NCBI RefSeq assembly: GCF_009914755.1
Contig: NC_060929.1
Source of the DNA: the human T2T-CHM13v2.0 reference genome, Homo sapiens
Reading direction: 5' to 3' (one strand)
DNA length: 64,000 nt
Within the stretch, counting starts at the first letter, position 1. Each line of letters starts with the position of its first letter. The translations under genes and the position numbers were made by a program. Below the pieces are notes generated by a model. That model was not told the DNA's origin, did not search any database, and saw only the letters and a list, made by a program, of their open reading frames with translations. Below, one piece after another: positions 45,505 to 64,000 of the stretch.

Positions 45505-46330
45505 TACTTTTTAAAAAAAATAACATTTTTTTGAACAAAATTAGACTTTTAGAAAAGTTGCAAAAGCAATATGATATGATTTATATGTGTGTTCCTTCCA
45601 AATCTCACGTTGAAATGGGATTCCCAGTGTTGGAGGTGGGGCCTAGTGGGCGGTGAGTGGATCACAGGAGCGGATCCCTCATGAATGGTTTAACACCATC
45701 CCCTTGGTGATAAGTGAGTTATTGCACAGTTAGTTCGTGGGAGCTCTGGTTGTTTAAAAGTCTGAGACTGTACTCCTCACTCTCTTGCTCCCACTCTCGC
45801 CATGTGACATGCCTGCTCCTCCTTCACCTTCTGCTGTGATTGTAAGCTTCCCTGAGGCCCTCACCAGAAGCAGAGGCGGGCACCGTACTTTCTGTACAGC
45901 CTGCAGAGCCATGAGCCAATTACACCTCTTTTCTTTATAAATTACCCTGTCTCAGGTATTCCTTCTAGTAACAGAAATGGACCAATATACAATATAATTT
46001 TCATATACTCTTCACCCAGTTTTCCCAAATGTCATTTTAATACATTTGCTTTAAATCTGATCTGTCTGTCTAGCATCTTTTTTCTGAACTGTTGGAGAGT
46101 CAGACATAATGTTTCTTTTCCCCTGAACATTTATGTGTGGATTTCCTAAAAACAAGGACATTCTCTTACATAATCACAATAATAATTACTAAAATTAGGA
46201 GATGACTTAAGTTTTTTAAATTGTTTCACTGTTTTTTATAGCAAAAAAAAATCCAATCCTGGATCTAAATAAAAAATACACATTGCATACAGTTATCATA
46301 CCTATTTAGTTTCTTTCAAAATGTGTATAC
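45505..46330 (-). mobile_element. L1MC4-like 3' end with nested MST-family LTR (plus strand, 45572-45991)
   Basis: AGAAAAGTTGCAAAA and TTTCCTAAAAACAAGGACATTCTCTTACATAA; LTR TGATATG...CAAATCTCACGTTGAAAT...ACA. Confidence 0.8.
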
Positions 46331-46793
46331 TTTATACTTGATTTCCCTTGGCTTAATTTCTACAACTATAAAAGGGGTGTGGCAGGACTGGCTTTCTCCC
46401 TCTGCCAGTACCACCACACATATTCCATCATCTTCCACCCCTTTCTTGTAGACTGGTATATATCCACCTCCTTATGGGATACAAGGCAATATTATGTTTG
46501 TTTCTAATGAATCACATATAATATATAGCAGAGGATGGGGAGAGTAGCAGTGATAGTAAAGAGAAAAGAGGTTCTTAAGAAAGATTTTTCTTAAAAATCC
46601 CCTAATGATTATGAAAGAGGTGAATATAAGGAAGAGGGTAGACTTTGAGAGTAGAGAATGAAGGAGAAAGATCACTGAGTAACTCTTCTTGGGGGGCATG
46701 GTGGAACTGGATATTGTACAGAAAAGAGGAGCCACTTAAACTTAAACTTCCACTGTTCTGTGGATGTTTCATGGGTTGAAATTCTGAAGCAAA

Positions 46794-47681
46794 TGATATG
46801 GACGGGAGACAGGGAAACAGGGAAATACTGGGTAGAAGAGGGCAGGGTCCCTGGCAAGGGCTCCACCCTAAAGCCTGGACCTGGAGCCCAAAGTGAGAAC
46901 TATCTCTGTTTTCCCCACTGAATGTTGCCTTTTGGCCCATCCTGCCCCCATCTTATGCCCATAAAAACTCCAAACTCCAGACTCAGCAGACACACACGCA
47001 CACGCACACACACACAAACACACACACACATACACACAGAAGAGAGAAGCTTCTGGACATTGAGAGGAGAAGCAGCAGCTGGATGTTGGAGACTATGGTC
47101 ACAGAGGAGTTTGGCCCGGGATAGCCAGACTCCAGGGGAAGATTATCTTCCTGCTCCACTTCCTTTCTAGCCCTACCTTTTGCTGAGAGCTACTTCCACC
47201 ACTAAAAGTCCTCCACATGCACCACCCTTCAATTTGTTCATATAACGTAATTCTTCCTACACACTGGACAAGAACTTGAGTACCATGAGGGGTACTGTAC
47301 ACCCAAGAGAGCAGGGTGTAAAAGGCTGTCACCCTGACCCTCCACTGAGCTGGTTAATACTTAACTGTCTGCGGATGGCAAATGTTAAAAAAGCACTGAT
47401 TTAAACATACACCCTCTGGGGCTCCGTGGGTCACAGACAACCCCTCCAGGACGGCAAAGCTAAAAGAGCATTGTAACACGCTTGGACGCTGTTGTGGGGC
47501 CCACACAGAGCCTGCTTCCATCAGAGAGGAGGACCAGCCTGTTCCAGCATTCGTTTGCTCTGGTTCCTGCACCCGTCCGCTTGTGTACTCCCTCCCATAA
47601 GGGATTGAGTGTGGCAGCCGAATAAATGAGCCACCCCTTTCATGAGTCCTACAAAGGGGTCAAAGGAACTCTCCCATCTCA
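46794..47681 (+). mobile_element. MER50-like ERV1 solo LTR with 4-bp TSD CAAA and internal (CA)n at about 46990-47038
   Basis: TGATATGGAC...GGGAAATACTGGGTAGAAGAGGGC start; CCCATCTCA end; CAAA at 46790-46793 and 47682-47685. Confidence 0.88.
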
Positions 47682-48019
47682 CAAATACCTATTTTATATA
47701 ATATATACAGCTCTGTGGGCTTCATGGCAGCACATAGCTGGCAAATGGTAAGGGTGTTATTACTGATTAACTTTACCAGCTCTCCTTTTCACTAGTGAAG
47801 AAGAGGACAATAGTATGGGGATAGTAAACACAAAGTGCTATACAAATGCAAGTGATTAATACTAATCAGTTAGTGAAAACTATTCAGATGCAATTATCTA
47901 TCCATGGGGAATCATTCTAGACTGCAATGTTGTCCTCATACTTACATTCACTCAGTCACCAGGTTTTGTCAATTCTATCTCCTAAGAGTCACTCAAATTC
48001 AGCCAAATAGAACTTCAGC

Positions 48020-53030
<5,011 letters not shown>

Positions 53031-53783
53031 CTCATTATATCAAACTAAAAAGCTTCTGTACAACAACAATAACAACAACAACAACAACAACAAAACACCA
53101 ACGGAGTAAAGAGACAATCTACAAAATGTGAAAAAATGTTTGCAAACCATACATCTGATAAGGGGTAAATATCCAAAATATACAAGGACTAAAAAATCTC
53201 AATAGCAAGAAAAAATATGATTAAAAAATGGGCAAGAGATCTGAATACACATTTTTCAAAAGAAGACATGCAAATAGCCAACAGGTATATAAAAATGCTC
53301 AACATCACTAGTCATTAGGGAAATGCAAATCAAAACCAGACAAAAGATAACAAATGTTGGCAAGAACGTGGAGAAAATAGAATCCTTACATACTTTGGTG
53401 GGAATGTAAATTAGTACAGCCATTATAGAAAACACTATACAGGGTCCTCAAAATTTAAATATAGAACTACCATATGATCTGACAATTCCAGAACTGGGTA
53501 TCTTTCCAAAGGGAATAAAATCAGTATGTCGAATTTCCATGTTTATTGGAGCACTATTCACAGTAGCCAGGATATAGAATCAACCTAAGTGTTCACCAAT
53601 GGATAAATAAAGAAAATATGGTATATAAACACAATGGAATACTATTCAGCCACAAAAAAGAATGAAATATTGTCATTTGCAACAGCATGGATGAACCTGG
53701 AAAACATTATGTTAAGTAAAATAATCCAGACACAGAAAGACCAATATCACATGATCTCAATTCATATGTGGAATCTAAAAAAA
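53031..53783 (+). mobile_element. L1MA-type 3' end
   Basis: CAAACTAAAAAGCTTCTG...GCAACAGCATGGATGAACCTGGA...ATGTGGAATCTAAAAA. Confidence 0.85.
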
Positions 53784-54511
53784 CTGGTTTAGATGTGGAA
53801 CATCTAAATGATATATCCTTTCTTCTAAGCTATATAACTATCTAAATTATATAATTTCATCTAAATTATATAACCATTACCAGAGGCTTAGGTGGTTAAC
53901 AGAGGTTTGGGTGGCTCTTTCATTTCATTTCATATCAGAATTTCATTATTTTTTCTCTTAGATCTGTAGGACATATCCATTCCAATTTTCTTGGGCTCAT
54001 TTTATAGAAGAGAATGTGCTAGTCATGACTAATAAGAAAAATAATTCTATATTTGGAATTAACTCATTTCCCTCTTCCTGCCAACTCATCTTGACTTGCT
54101 GGGGAATACTAAAAAGCTGGAGGGAGACACAGGAACCTGCCTTCCAGGGGACAATTAATTCCTGGTCTTTGATTCCTAAGCCTCTACCCATAATCAAAGG
54201 CAGGAACAACACTCTTGGGTGCTCCGAGCACCCCACACTTGCTCCACGGGTGAGTTCATGCTTTTCAAGGAGACTTTGTTAAGGCTCTTTGCCACGGTAG
54301 ACACCATGAAAAATTTATCTCTTCAAATTTTCTCTTCCCTTCTTATGTTTTTCTTAATTACTCTAGCCATCCTCTCGCCAACACTCAGTACTTTTGCATA
54401 GCCCAGCTGGGTATCTCAGGCTCTCTGCTGAAGGTCCCTGTCATCTGCTGTTCTTTATGGTATCATATTCCCTGGAGACCTTTCCCTCTTTCATCAAAAC
54501 TAACTGGTCCC

Positions 54512-55429
54512 AGCAATAAAAACAAAGATAAATAGCTGAGACTTTAAATTAAACTAAAGAGGTTTTGCACAGCAAAAGGAACAGTCAGCAGAGTAGAGAC
54601 AACCCACAGAGTGGGAGAAAATCTTCACAATCTATACATCTGACAAATGACTGATATCCGGAATCTACAATGAACTCAAACAAATTAGCAAGAAAAAAAT
54701 CAAACAATCTCATGAAAAAGTGGGCTAAGGACATGAATAGACAATTCTCGAAAGAAGATATATAAATGGCCAACAAACATAAGAAAAAATACTCAGCATC
54801 ACTAGTGATCATGGAAATGCAAATCAAAACGATAATGTGATACCATCTTACTCCTGCAAGAATGGTCATAATCAAACAATCAAAAAATAGTAGATGTTGG
54901 TGTGGATGCAGTGAACAGGCAACACTTTTACACTGCTGGTGGGAATGTAAACTAGTACGACCACTGTGGAAATTCCTTAAAGAGCTAAAAAGTAAAACTA
55001 CCATTGATCCAGCAATCCCACTACTGGGTATCTACCCAGAGGAAAAGAAGTCATTACATGAAAAAGGTACTTGCATACGCATGTTTATAGCAGCACAATT
55101 GCAGTTGCAAAAACGTGGAACCAACCCAAATGCCTATCAATCAACGAGTGGATAAAGAAACTACGGTATATACATACAATGGAATACTACTCAGCTATAA
55201 AAAAGAAAGAATTAATGGCATTTGCGGTAACCTGGATGAGGTTGGAGACTATTATTCCAAGTGAGGTAACTCAAGAATGGAAAACCAAACATCGTATGTT
55301 CTCACTCATAAGTGGGAGCTAAGTTATGAGGATGTAAGGACATAAGAATGACACAGTGGACTTTGGGGACTCAAGAGGAAAGGGTGGGAAAGGGGTGAGG
55401 GACAAAATACTACAAATTGGGTGCAGTGT
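54512..55429 (+). mobile_element. L1PB-type 3' fragment lacking its tail
   Basis: ORF2 peptides IDPAIPLLGIYPEEKKS and EVTQEWKTKHRMFSLISGS. Confidence 0.9.
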
Positions 55430-55822
55430 TGAGGATGTTTCAGGGGAGGGAGGGGATGCTCGGATGGAAAGTGACTGGCCCCTGATAGACTGTTCATTGG
55501 ATCTTATCCACTCAGCTGACAGTAAAGCCTCAGACTACCCAAGAGTCAGCTTGATGTCACTGAGTCAGGAGGCCTGGAGCTTGTCCCACTGTAAAAAGCT
55601 GATAATGTCTTCCCAATTCCTCTTTACTTCCTCATCTGGTTGAACTACATGATTGTACCATCCCTTCCATCTCTACATGACTATGTTTAAAGTAGCCCCA
55701 GATAGAGAACTTCCTCTTCTTGACCTTTCACTGACTGAGCCTTGTGGCTGCCATCACCCCCTGCTTGCAAACTCCATGCTGATTCAGTTTATTTGCTGGA
55801 AAAAAGGAATTTTGTTTATGAT

Positions 55823-56250
<428 letters not shown>

Positions 56251-57477
56251 CTAGATAAGCAGTGGCTAGGGTGGGTGGAAAAACTTAAGAATTATATACT
56301 GGTAGCTAAGTTGTCATTATTTTCATAGTTTAGAGGCTTCCATAATTTCTAAATAAGATGACAAAAGTGTATGTAATTAACTTTCCTTACCAAAGAAGGG
56401 CTCTCAGCACATAGTTATTGAAATGTATTTCTTGCATGTTTATGTATAAAGCTCCTGATTTGGAGTTAAGTTCAAGGTAAGTCCAATTACTATGCTCTGA
56501 TAGAAATCCATTCCATTCTGGAGCCCCCCAAAGCTAGGCTCCTTCCTTGTTAGTGAAGTACAAACACATTCACTGTAGCTCCAGTAACCATCTCTTTCTT
56601 GGGACTCATGGTATTTAGTCTACAACTCAGTACGCAATAGGCTTTATTCCTGGAAAGAAGAAAAACAAGTCTCCAAAAAGTAAATAAAGCATTTCATTTG
56701 ATTTTTGTCTAAAGGATCCAAAATTAAAACGCTAATTCCTGCCTTGGGAAGGAGGAGGTAGATATATCATTTGCTTTCAATACTAAGACTTCTAAGACCA
56801 CAAGCAGGGAGGGAAAGATTGAAATAAAACCTGAACAGTCTTTTATCTGTCTGTGCATTTCTACCTTAGAGAAGATAGCAGAGCCTGGCTGAGTATTTTG
56901 AAAACCTGATTATTATCATGCTTTGCATGTGGTAGAAACTCACTATTCACCCAAACACACCAAGCTTTTTCTCACAGTACATTTTTGTTTAATGGAAGTT
57001 CAGCCTTATATTTATCACATTCCCCTACCCCTAGCCCCGGCACTTCTAAACACGAAGCCCAAAGTTGCCATTCTAGTGAATGCCTCACCTTTTTAAACCG
57101 ATGCTGCTTTGTGAGTCATCAGCCTCTGACAGACCGTTCTAGGGTCTTGCAAGTTAGAATTAAATGCTAGTCTGAGAATCAGAGCACCTTGATTCAATTC
57201 TGCCTTGTTGGTGTTGAGCAGGATGTATGGTGGCCAAGAGGATGGACATAGAAGAGTGTACTCCTGGTTCTGCCCTTTATTGATGTGTTACCTCAGACAT
57301 GGCACTTAACCTGATGTCACTGTGCCTGGGTTTCCTCATTTCTAAAATGGGGGTGACAATAGCCTCTATCTCATAGGGTGAGGCAGGAAGGAGTTCTTAG
57401 ACATAAGGCATTTGAGGCAGAAATGCCTGGGAGAAAATAGGAGGAGCAAACACCCAGGGTCTATTACCTGACTCTTT

Positions 57478-57616
57478 ACTTTTTATTTTTTTGTGGAGAC
57501 TGGGTTTTGCCATGTTGCCCAGGCTAGTTTCGAACTCCTGGGCTCAAGTGGTCCTGTTCTCCTGCCTCAGCCTCCCAAACTGCAGGGATTACAAGCATGA
57601 GCCACTGCACCTGGCC
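57478..57616 (-). mobile_element. Free left Alu monomer (FLAM-like)
   Basis: Single arm with TSD TACCTGACTCTTT on both sides. Confidence 0.85.
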
Positions 57617-58747
57617 TAATACCTGACTCTTTTTAGGTCTCTTTTCTACATCAAGTCTCCTGGCTCCCCCCACCTCCCTAGTAGACAGAGACATTTCTTT
57701 TGGGCTTTTCTTGAATTGGGATCACACTGGTTGGCATTTATTTATATATTTCCTTCTCTTAAAAGAATGTGACTTTAGATGCTGATCATATATTCCTTGA
57801 ATAGCTGGATGAATTAATATGTGATAAAAGAGTTGAAATGGATAATTCCCTGGGAGTCCCGCAGAACCACCGTGGGATGAGTCAAATGGCTGGGATTGTG
57901 CTCTAGTCCATTTGTTCCAGATACTTGTAGATATGGCTGCAATGTAAGGAAAAAAGAAAGCATTTTATGCAAGGTCCATTCTGTAACAGCGTCCTGGAGC
58001 GGGAGCTTTTCAAACTTTTTTTAAACTATAGAATACTTTCTTCAAGGGAAATCTGGTGAGGAATCAATCATACACTCACAGATAAAAGCCAAGAGGCCCT
58101 CTCTGAGATAGCCTGGGAGGCAGAACCCCACAGCTTGACCCTCATTCTCCTGGTGAGATTTCACTGAGCAGATCTCTGTGAAATACTATTTACAAATCAA
58201 TGATCTGAGCAGGGATTTTATCACCATGATTAGTAGAGCTCAGGAGTTCTTGGAAAGGGCATCTCAGTAGCACTGAGGGGGTGAGAAAATAGGAGGCCAG
58301 TGGTTGGCAGCAGGTCTGGATCTCTCCTTCACCCACCACCTCAGCTGTGGGTCAATCCTGCCTCTGTTGTGATCTACTGATCGTTTGTAAGGATGTAACT
58401 TGAAGAAAAGAGTCAACAGCTTAAAGACATTTGAAAAGCACCAGCCTGGAGAGATGAAACAATCACTTGGAAATTGTCATTGGAAAATTCACTCAAGTAC
58501 TTATAAACTAGGTTATGTTTTTTCCCACGGGATACTTTGCATTGAGAAGTGGTTCCTTCAGGAGAAATTTGTGGTATCATTGGAAGTTGAGGTCTTAGAA
58601 AGAGCACTGGAATGTCTAGTTTCCAGTCCTAGCCTTGGTATGGATTATATTTGCCGAAGTCTCCTGTTGGTTGTATACATATCGTTGAACTTTCCCAGTG
58701 GTGGTGTGAAGCACAAGTAAATGAAATACTGGTTGGGAAAGGACTTT

Positions 58748-59164
58748 GTGTTTGTTCAGGTCTTGGAGCAGCAGCCACCTAGATAGATTCAACTTGTAAG
58801 AGATGGGGGAAATGCCTATAAGGGGAAAAAGGGAGAGAGTTGAAGCAGGGGTGGAGAACCGTGAGCCTGAGATTCAGGTCTGACCCTTGTGAAAGAGAGG
58901 AGCAGGAAGAGTCTTGGCCTGCAGCTCAGTCCTAGGAAGGTTTTGGCCAGCTGCTGGGGAGCCCTGCAGTCAGCTGCTCATCAGAGGAGTCTTGCATCTT
59001 GCCCAGAACGAGCCGGCCTTATTCCTCCTGCTGCGTGCAGTCAGGGGCTAGGGGCAGCCAGTGGGAAGTGCAGCCTGTGCGTGGGTGCAGAGGGGCATGG
59101 CTGAACCTGCCAGTCACATTCCTGCAGCAGGAGATGTGAGTGGCACACTTTTATGGCCACCACA
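58748..59164 (-). mobile_element. Old MaLR MLT1-family LTR
   Basis: TGTGTTTGTTCAGGTC start, ATGGCCACCACA end, CAGGTCTGACCCTTGTGAA internal. Confidence 0.6.
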
Positions 59165-61520
59165 GGCTTGCACACTATTTCCTGATAATTTGTCCTAGAC
59201 ATATTATACTCCAAAGCAATAATTCCTGAAAGTTAGGCTAGACAGTGGTGAAATTAAAAAACAAACTAAAAACCAAAACAAACCAAAAAATAAAAAGCAG
59301 TCATAATGAGTTTTCCACAGAACTAAACTTACTAAAACAACTATTCTTTATTCTTAGATTATGTCCCTTCCCTACCTTTTAGAGGGACATTAAAATATCC
59401 TTTTATTTTTAATGAAATGAAAGTGATGCTAGAGAGTAGTGATATTTTTAATATTCACAACTTGGAAGATTTAAAACTGTGCATTGTCTTGGAGGTCCCA
59501 AGACAATCTTATTGGATAGGTCAAAAAGACAAGGACTCACAGCTCTAGGATAATTGTAAAACAAACAGCACAGTTCAAAGGAAAAAGGTTTATTGTTAAT
59601 AGTTTTTTTTCTTCTCAGAAATAAGAGGAAAATATTCAGTATGAGACATTCCTATTCATTATTGCCTGATGCTGTCTGGGTTCCCAGAACTTCCAGAGGT
59701 GTAGAAAATCTGGAGGGGCTGTATTTAGTTTGTCCCAAAGTTCGCTTGACTCGGGCTCTTTGCTTCTGTACTACCCTCTAGCTCATTCCCTCTGGCCAGT
59801 CTCTGTTCCTTACAGAATCCTACTCTGGCTCCGCAGAGGACAACCGGCGAGTATAGACAAAGACAGTCTCAGGAAAAATGGAGAGTCCAGTCCCTTCATA
59901 TTACAGATCAAATTGCTAATTCTCCTTTTGGGAGAAGAGAAAAGGTGGACTTTCTTTGGATTAGGGGCTGAAATGATTCAGACTGACCTCATTTCTCCAC
60001 TTTGCTTTGCATGCACAGCTATCGACACTGAAACCACCAGGGAGGAGGCAACGCAGAGCAGCGTGTTTGCCACTGGCACAAAACTTGCCAAGGAGATCTA
60101 ACGAAAGCATGATTTTACAAATAACGACATTCTTTTACTATGCCTGCAGCACTGGATCACAGAAAAGTACAAAAAAAATTATACTCAGGGATATTATTTT
60201 ATATCTCAAAGGCAGCAAAACAGCAAGTTCTTCTAAGTATGCAGGTACTCAGCAAGCCCGGGCAAATTTCTGCTTGAGCTGGGGGGAAGAAAATCAAACA
60301 GCCTCTGCTCTTATAAATCCACGTATCTGTATTTTAACATGACAGCATTACCGAGAACTAGTAATTAGCTGGAAGTATATGGTCAAAATAAAATAGATTC
60401 AAGCCAACCAGCTCCCATAAATTCATTTAGTCAATTTCAGATTTTGCGATAATAAATTGCTTATGCAAAGTTGCTCATAATAAATCAAAGTAAAAGATGG
60501 CTTGAGGACATCTTGTCAGACTTTAATCATTGTAGATTAATTACGTTTTTCAGAAACAAAACACATTAGTTGCGATGTTTCCAAGCTCGGCAACGCCCGG
60601 CTGGTGTGTCAAAAGGAAGATTGGTTTAGGCAGGTAGATGTTTTCAGGTTTCTTGTGGTTGAATGGTTGCCAGGCTCCAGTTCTTAGTAAATAGAAATTC
60701 TGATTTGTGAGGCCAACATTGCTCTACCGGGAGGGAGGCACTGACAGATACCGTCAACAGGTAAGTTTATGTAGAGATGCAGAAAGTCGTTAGGGGAATA
60801 CCTCTAAGTGTTTACCTACAAAATTTTACTTGGCACTGCCAAGCTGCTAGTCTTTGAATATTTCTGGGCTGGGCAGAATACTATGAATTTTTTGGATGGT
60901 ATAGCTTGGATACCGTGAGTTTTCTCTTTCCTACTAAGTTGGTGGGAAGAAGATGGGACATCAGAGATAAATTTAGAAAGCTGCATCTCAAAGGCACATT
61001 TAAGTATCCATGACTGATAAGGTGTAAACTGACCACAGATTAACAGTATTAAACAAGTAAGTTATTTAGGAACATGATTTGAATATGTGCTGTTTTTCAC
61101 TATTTCTCAAAAAAAATATGTGAAGAGGTTACGAGCAATTTAAAGAAAGTACTCCTATATAAAGCACCTAGCTTACATGTGAAACTTGTTGCCCAGAGAA
61201 TTAGGAAGGTAAGAGAGTATAAACAAACTAGAGTAAGGTTTAGATTCACATTATGAATAACAAAAAGTTTCTGAACACTCAGATTCATCTCTAACTTTTT
61301 AAGGGGTCCAAAAACATCAGACCACGGAGGAGAAGATGGGAAGCAAGGTGAGGCTGTGCAGGGTGAAGGAGAAATGCACGACAGTATGGCATTTCCCCAA
61401 ACATGTCTTTCTGTGTCCAGACAAAGGCACAAATACAAGACTGGGAAGACCACTGATTTCATGGAACCTCAGTGATTATTATCCTTACAGAGTGGGCAAG
61501 TGCAAGCACTTCCTTTAGCC

Positions 61521-62035
61521 CAGGGATTCTTAACTCTTGGACTGTGGGTTGAATGCAGGAGATGATGGAGGAGAGTGTGGCCTATGAACTTAAATGGGAA
61601 AAATTTACAAGTTTTTTTCACAGCTTCTTACTGAAATTTAACTTTTTCTTACATTATGAATGTAGGCAACAAACCACAGTAGAATTAGCAGTAGTTCAGC
61701 AATAGAAATAAAAAAATTCATATCATATTTCAGTACTTGCAGGCATTTTGAATTGTCATTTATACTCATCATTCTTCAAAATCACAGTAGGTAATAGGTC
61801 TGTCACTAGATCATGTATTTGATGCATTAATGATAACACACATATTAGTATGTGGCAAGTTTGATATTTTACTATTTTGATAACTGTGTTTCAATATACT
61901 TCCTGTTTGATCTCAATATTTTGATAACTGTATTCCAATAGCATGTATTCCCTTTGTAATGTTACATCTTTTATGTAGCTATGCTTCACCAGTCTGCCAA
62001 AGGCTTCCATGATACAAACCAATTAAAAACTCCTG
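61521..62035. mobile_element. Charlie4a-like hAT DNA transposon
   Basis: CAGGGATTCTTAAC / TTAAAAACTCCTG inverted ends; ATTATGAATGTAGGCAACAAACCACAGTAG. Confidence 0.8.
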
Positions 62036-62089
62036 CCTGTGGGGAAATCATGAGGATTGATTTACCTCTATATTAGTCATTAACTAATT

Positions 62090-62385
62090 TTGAAAGAATT
62101 TGATTGTTTTTAGAATAGTTTTAGATTTACAGAAGAATTGCCAAGGTACAGAGAATTTCCATACACCCAGCATCCAGTTACATCTATAAATAACATCTGA
62201 TATTAGTATGGTATATTTGTTACAATTAATGAACCAGTTATGACACATTATTGTTAACTAAAGTCCATACTTGATTTAGCTTCTCTTAGTTTTTGTCTAA
62301 TGTCTTTCTTCTATTCCAGATCTCATCCAGGATGCCACATTACCTTTAGCCATCATGTCTCCTCAGACTCCTCTTGGCTATGAAT
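62090..62385 (-). mobile_element. L1MC/MD-type 3' end
   Basis: TTTTAGATTTACAGAAGAATTG...AACTAAAGTCCATAC. Confidence 0.8.
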
Positions 62386-63142
62386 CAACTCATTTTTGAC
62401 CTAAGTTGTTTAATGTTTTGGTTCTCATTTTCCAATTCTAATTTCCATCTATGCTACACCAGCAAATAGACATATTTCAGATCTTTCAAGTTAACACCTC
62501 CACCATTTTCAGTAGGGGAGTTTTATTTAGTTGACAGTCTTCTGTACCAGGTCCAGGTAAGTGGTAGGTAGATCTGTTTCAAACATGCTCTGCCCTCCTG
62601 TAGGTGGTAGAGACACATACCTGTTACAACTTCATGTTGTTACTGACCCTTACAGCCATTCCTTGATTTGGAGCAACTTTCCATCTTAAATACCTTGACA
62701 TATATATAAACAGTGGCTAATAGGTGAAAATACTGCAAGAAAGAAACTTTTATGATAAGAATCACTCAACTTAATTCTACAATGCATAAAGCTTACATTG
62801 GGCAGTCAGCAATGGTTGCCACCATCAGCTTGTAAATATCCTTTGAAGTAAATCCTATTTGATAGATTCAACAGATAATATACTAAGAATTGTGCTATAT
62901 CATTGTATCCAGATGTCAGGGTCAATTTAGAGAGAAGGTGTTACTCATCAGAGCCACTCCTCTTTCTCCCTCCCTCTCTCAGAAAAATGACTTCTTATCT
63001 TCAACATTTTATATTTATCTGATCTTTGGTTCAGCACAGTTATGGAAATATCATTTATGATTGTGAATTTCTGTGAATGTGAAGATTATCTCAAAAGAAA
63101 GAGTTGCTTATTGAGGCTATCTATCAATCATATATTAATCTA

Positions 63143-63235
63143 TCATTCATCCATCCATCCCATCCATTTATCCATCCATCCATCCATCCATCCATCCATC
63201 CATCCATCCATCCATCCATTCATCTATCCATCCAT
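63143..63235 (+). repeat. (TCCA)n microsatellite
   Basis: Directly visible. Confidence 0.95.
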
Positions 63236-63394
63236 GCAACATGAGGATATGACAATTTCACCTTTGTAAAGCACCTAAGATGAGTAGAAGACAGGGAGTT
63301 AGCTAATAGTGCTATGAAGGTGAAGTCTAAGTTGAGGGATGAGATATCAACTGAAGGAGAATTTATCTGTAATAGTAAGTGGGCCAGTCATTTG

Positions 63395-63590
63395 CTTATT
63401 TTCTCTCAGATCCATTCTTAACCCTTCTCTAGCCTTGCTTAGCATCACAGATAATTACATTTCCCAGGATCCATTGCAAATCGACTTTCTCCTAAGATCA
63501 GCCAATGGGAGCTCTGGTGGGAGCTTAGAGGAAGGGAGGTAAGAATAAATCATGATATATCAAATCTTCCTACCTCCCTCTCTACACACA

Positions 63591-63643
<53 letters not shown>

Positions 63644-63990
63644 CTTTGCCACAAGCAGCAAAGCAGCATCTCTGACAGGAGCTTCATCTCTTCTATGACT
63701 CTTGCTTCTGCTAGGTAGACTCACCCCTCATGGTCCCAGCTCCTGCAGAGCAGACCCTCCCCTGCAGGTAAAAATTTGCCAGGCAGCCCTGTCTGCTGGG
63801 CTCCAGTAATACCGCCTCATCCCCCTCTCCCCCCTTTTTTTTAACGTCTGGTTTTTTTTTTTTTAAAAAAGGTCGAAATAGACTTTTTTGCTGTTGCTAA
63901 TCATCTCTGGGTTGGTTGCCTCATCTCTGTTTAGCTTCTCAGCTCTTTCATCACCTATGTAACCCTAAAATATCTAAACCCTCTATCTAA
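63395..63990 (+). mobile_element. ERVL LTR (LTR33/LTR41-like) containing (CA)n at about 63584-63641
   Basis: CTCAGATCCATTCT...CATTTCCCAGG...CAGCCAATGGGAG. Confidence 0.65.
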
Positions 63991-64000
63991 ATTCCATGTT

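Noticed and set aside
53990-54510. Possible retroviral internal sequence flanking the L1PB (also 55430-55800)
   Set aside because: No gag, pol or env motif found on manual translation
59730-60101. 123-aa plus-strand ORF
   Set aside because: Non-ATG start and no recognisable product; noted only as part of the candidate regulatory block
60030-60745. CTCF-like strings CCAGGGAGGAGGCA and CCGGGAGGGAGGCAC
   Set aside because: Several mismatches to the CCASYAGRKGGCR core; cannot be supported without PWM scoring or ChIP

Overview
Primate (human-like) genomic DNA, AT-rich and intronic or intergenic in character, with roughly half or more made of interspersed repeats: L1PA/L1PB/L1M LINEs, L2, MIR, AluJ/S/Y, MaLR/ERV1/ERVL solo LTRs and hAT/Tc-mariner fossils. 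I recognise no protein-coding gene, RNA gene or CRISPR array; the longer ORFs are almost all read through L1, Alu, LTR or simple repeats. Repeat subfamily names come from recalled consensus sequences and boundaries are approximate unless a TSD is quoted. The main signal is a set of locally templated copy events read directly from the sequence. These are a 321-bp copy with a 37-bp flanking duplication (16870-17190), an identical but permuted two-piece copy plus inversion inside an MLT1 LTR (39677-39924), a perfect 32-bp inverted repeat in an old L1 (43425-43523), and several 30-60 bp dispersed copies. There is also an Alu-L1 chimeric retrocopy under one TSD (5766-6553), a twice-used insertion site (14513-15233) and a few candidate plus-strand exons. 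These fit known mechanisms (template switching in replication, repair or TPRT). I cannot support a claim of a wholly new biological system from sequence alone.
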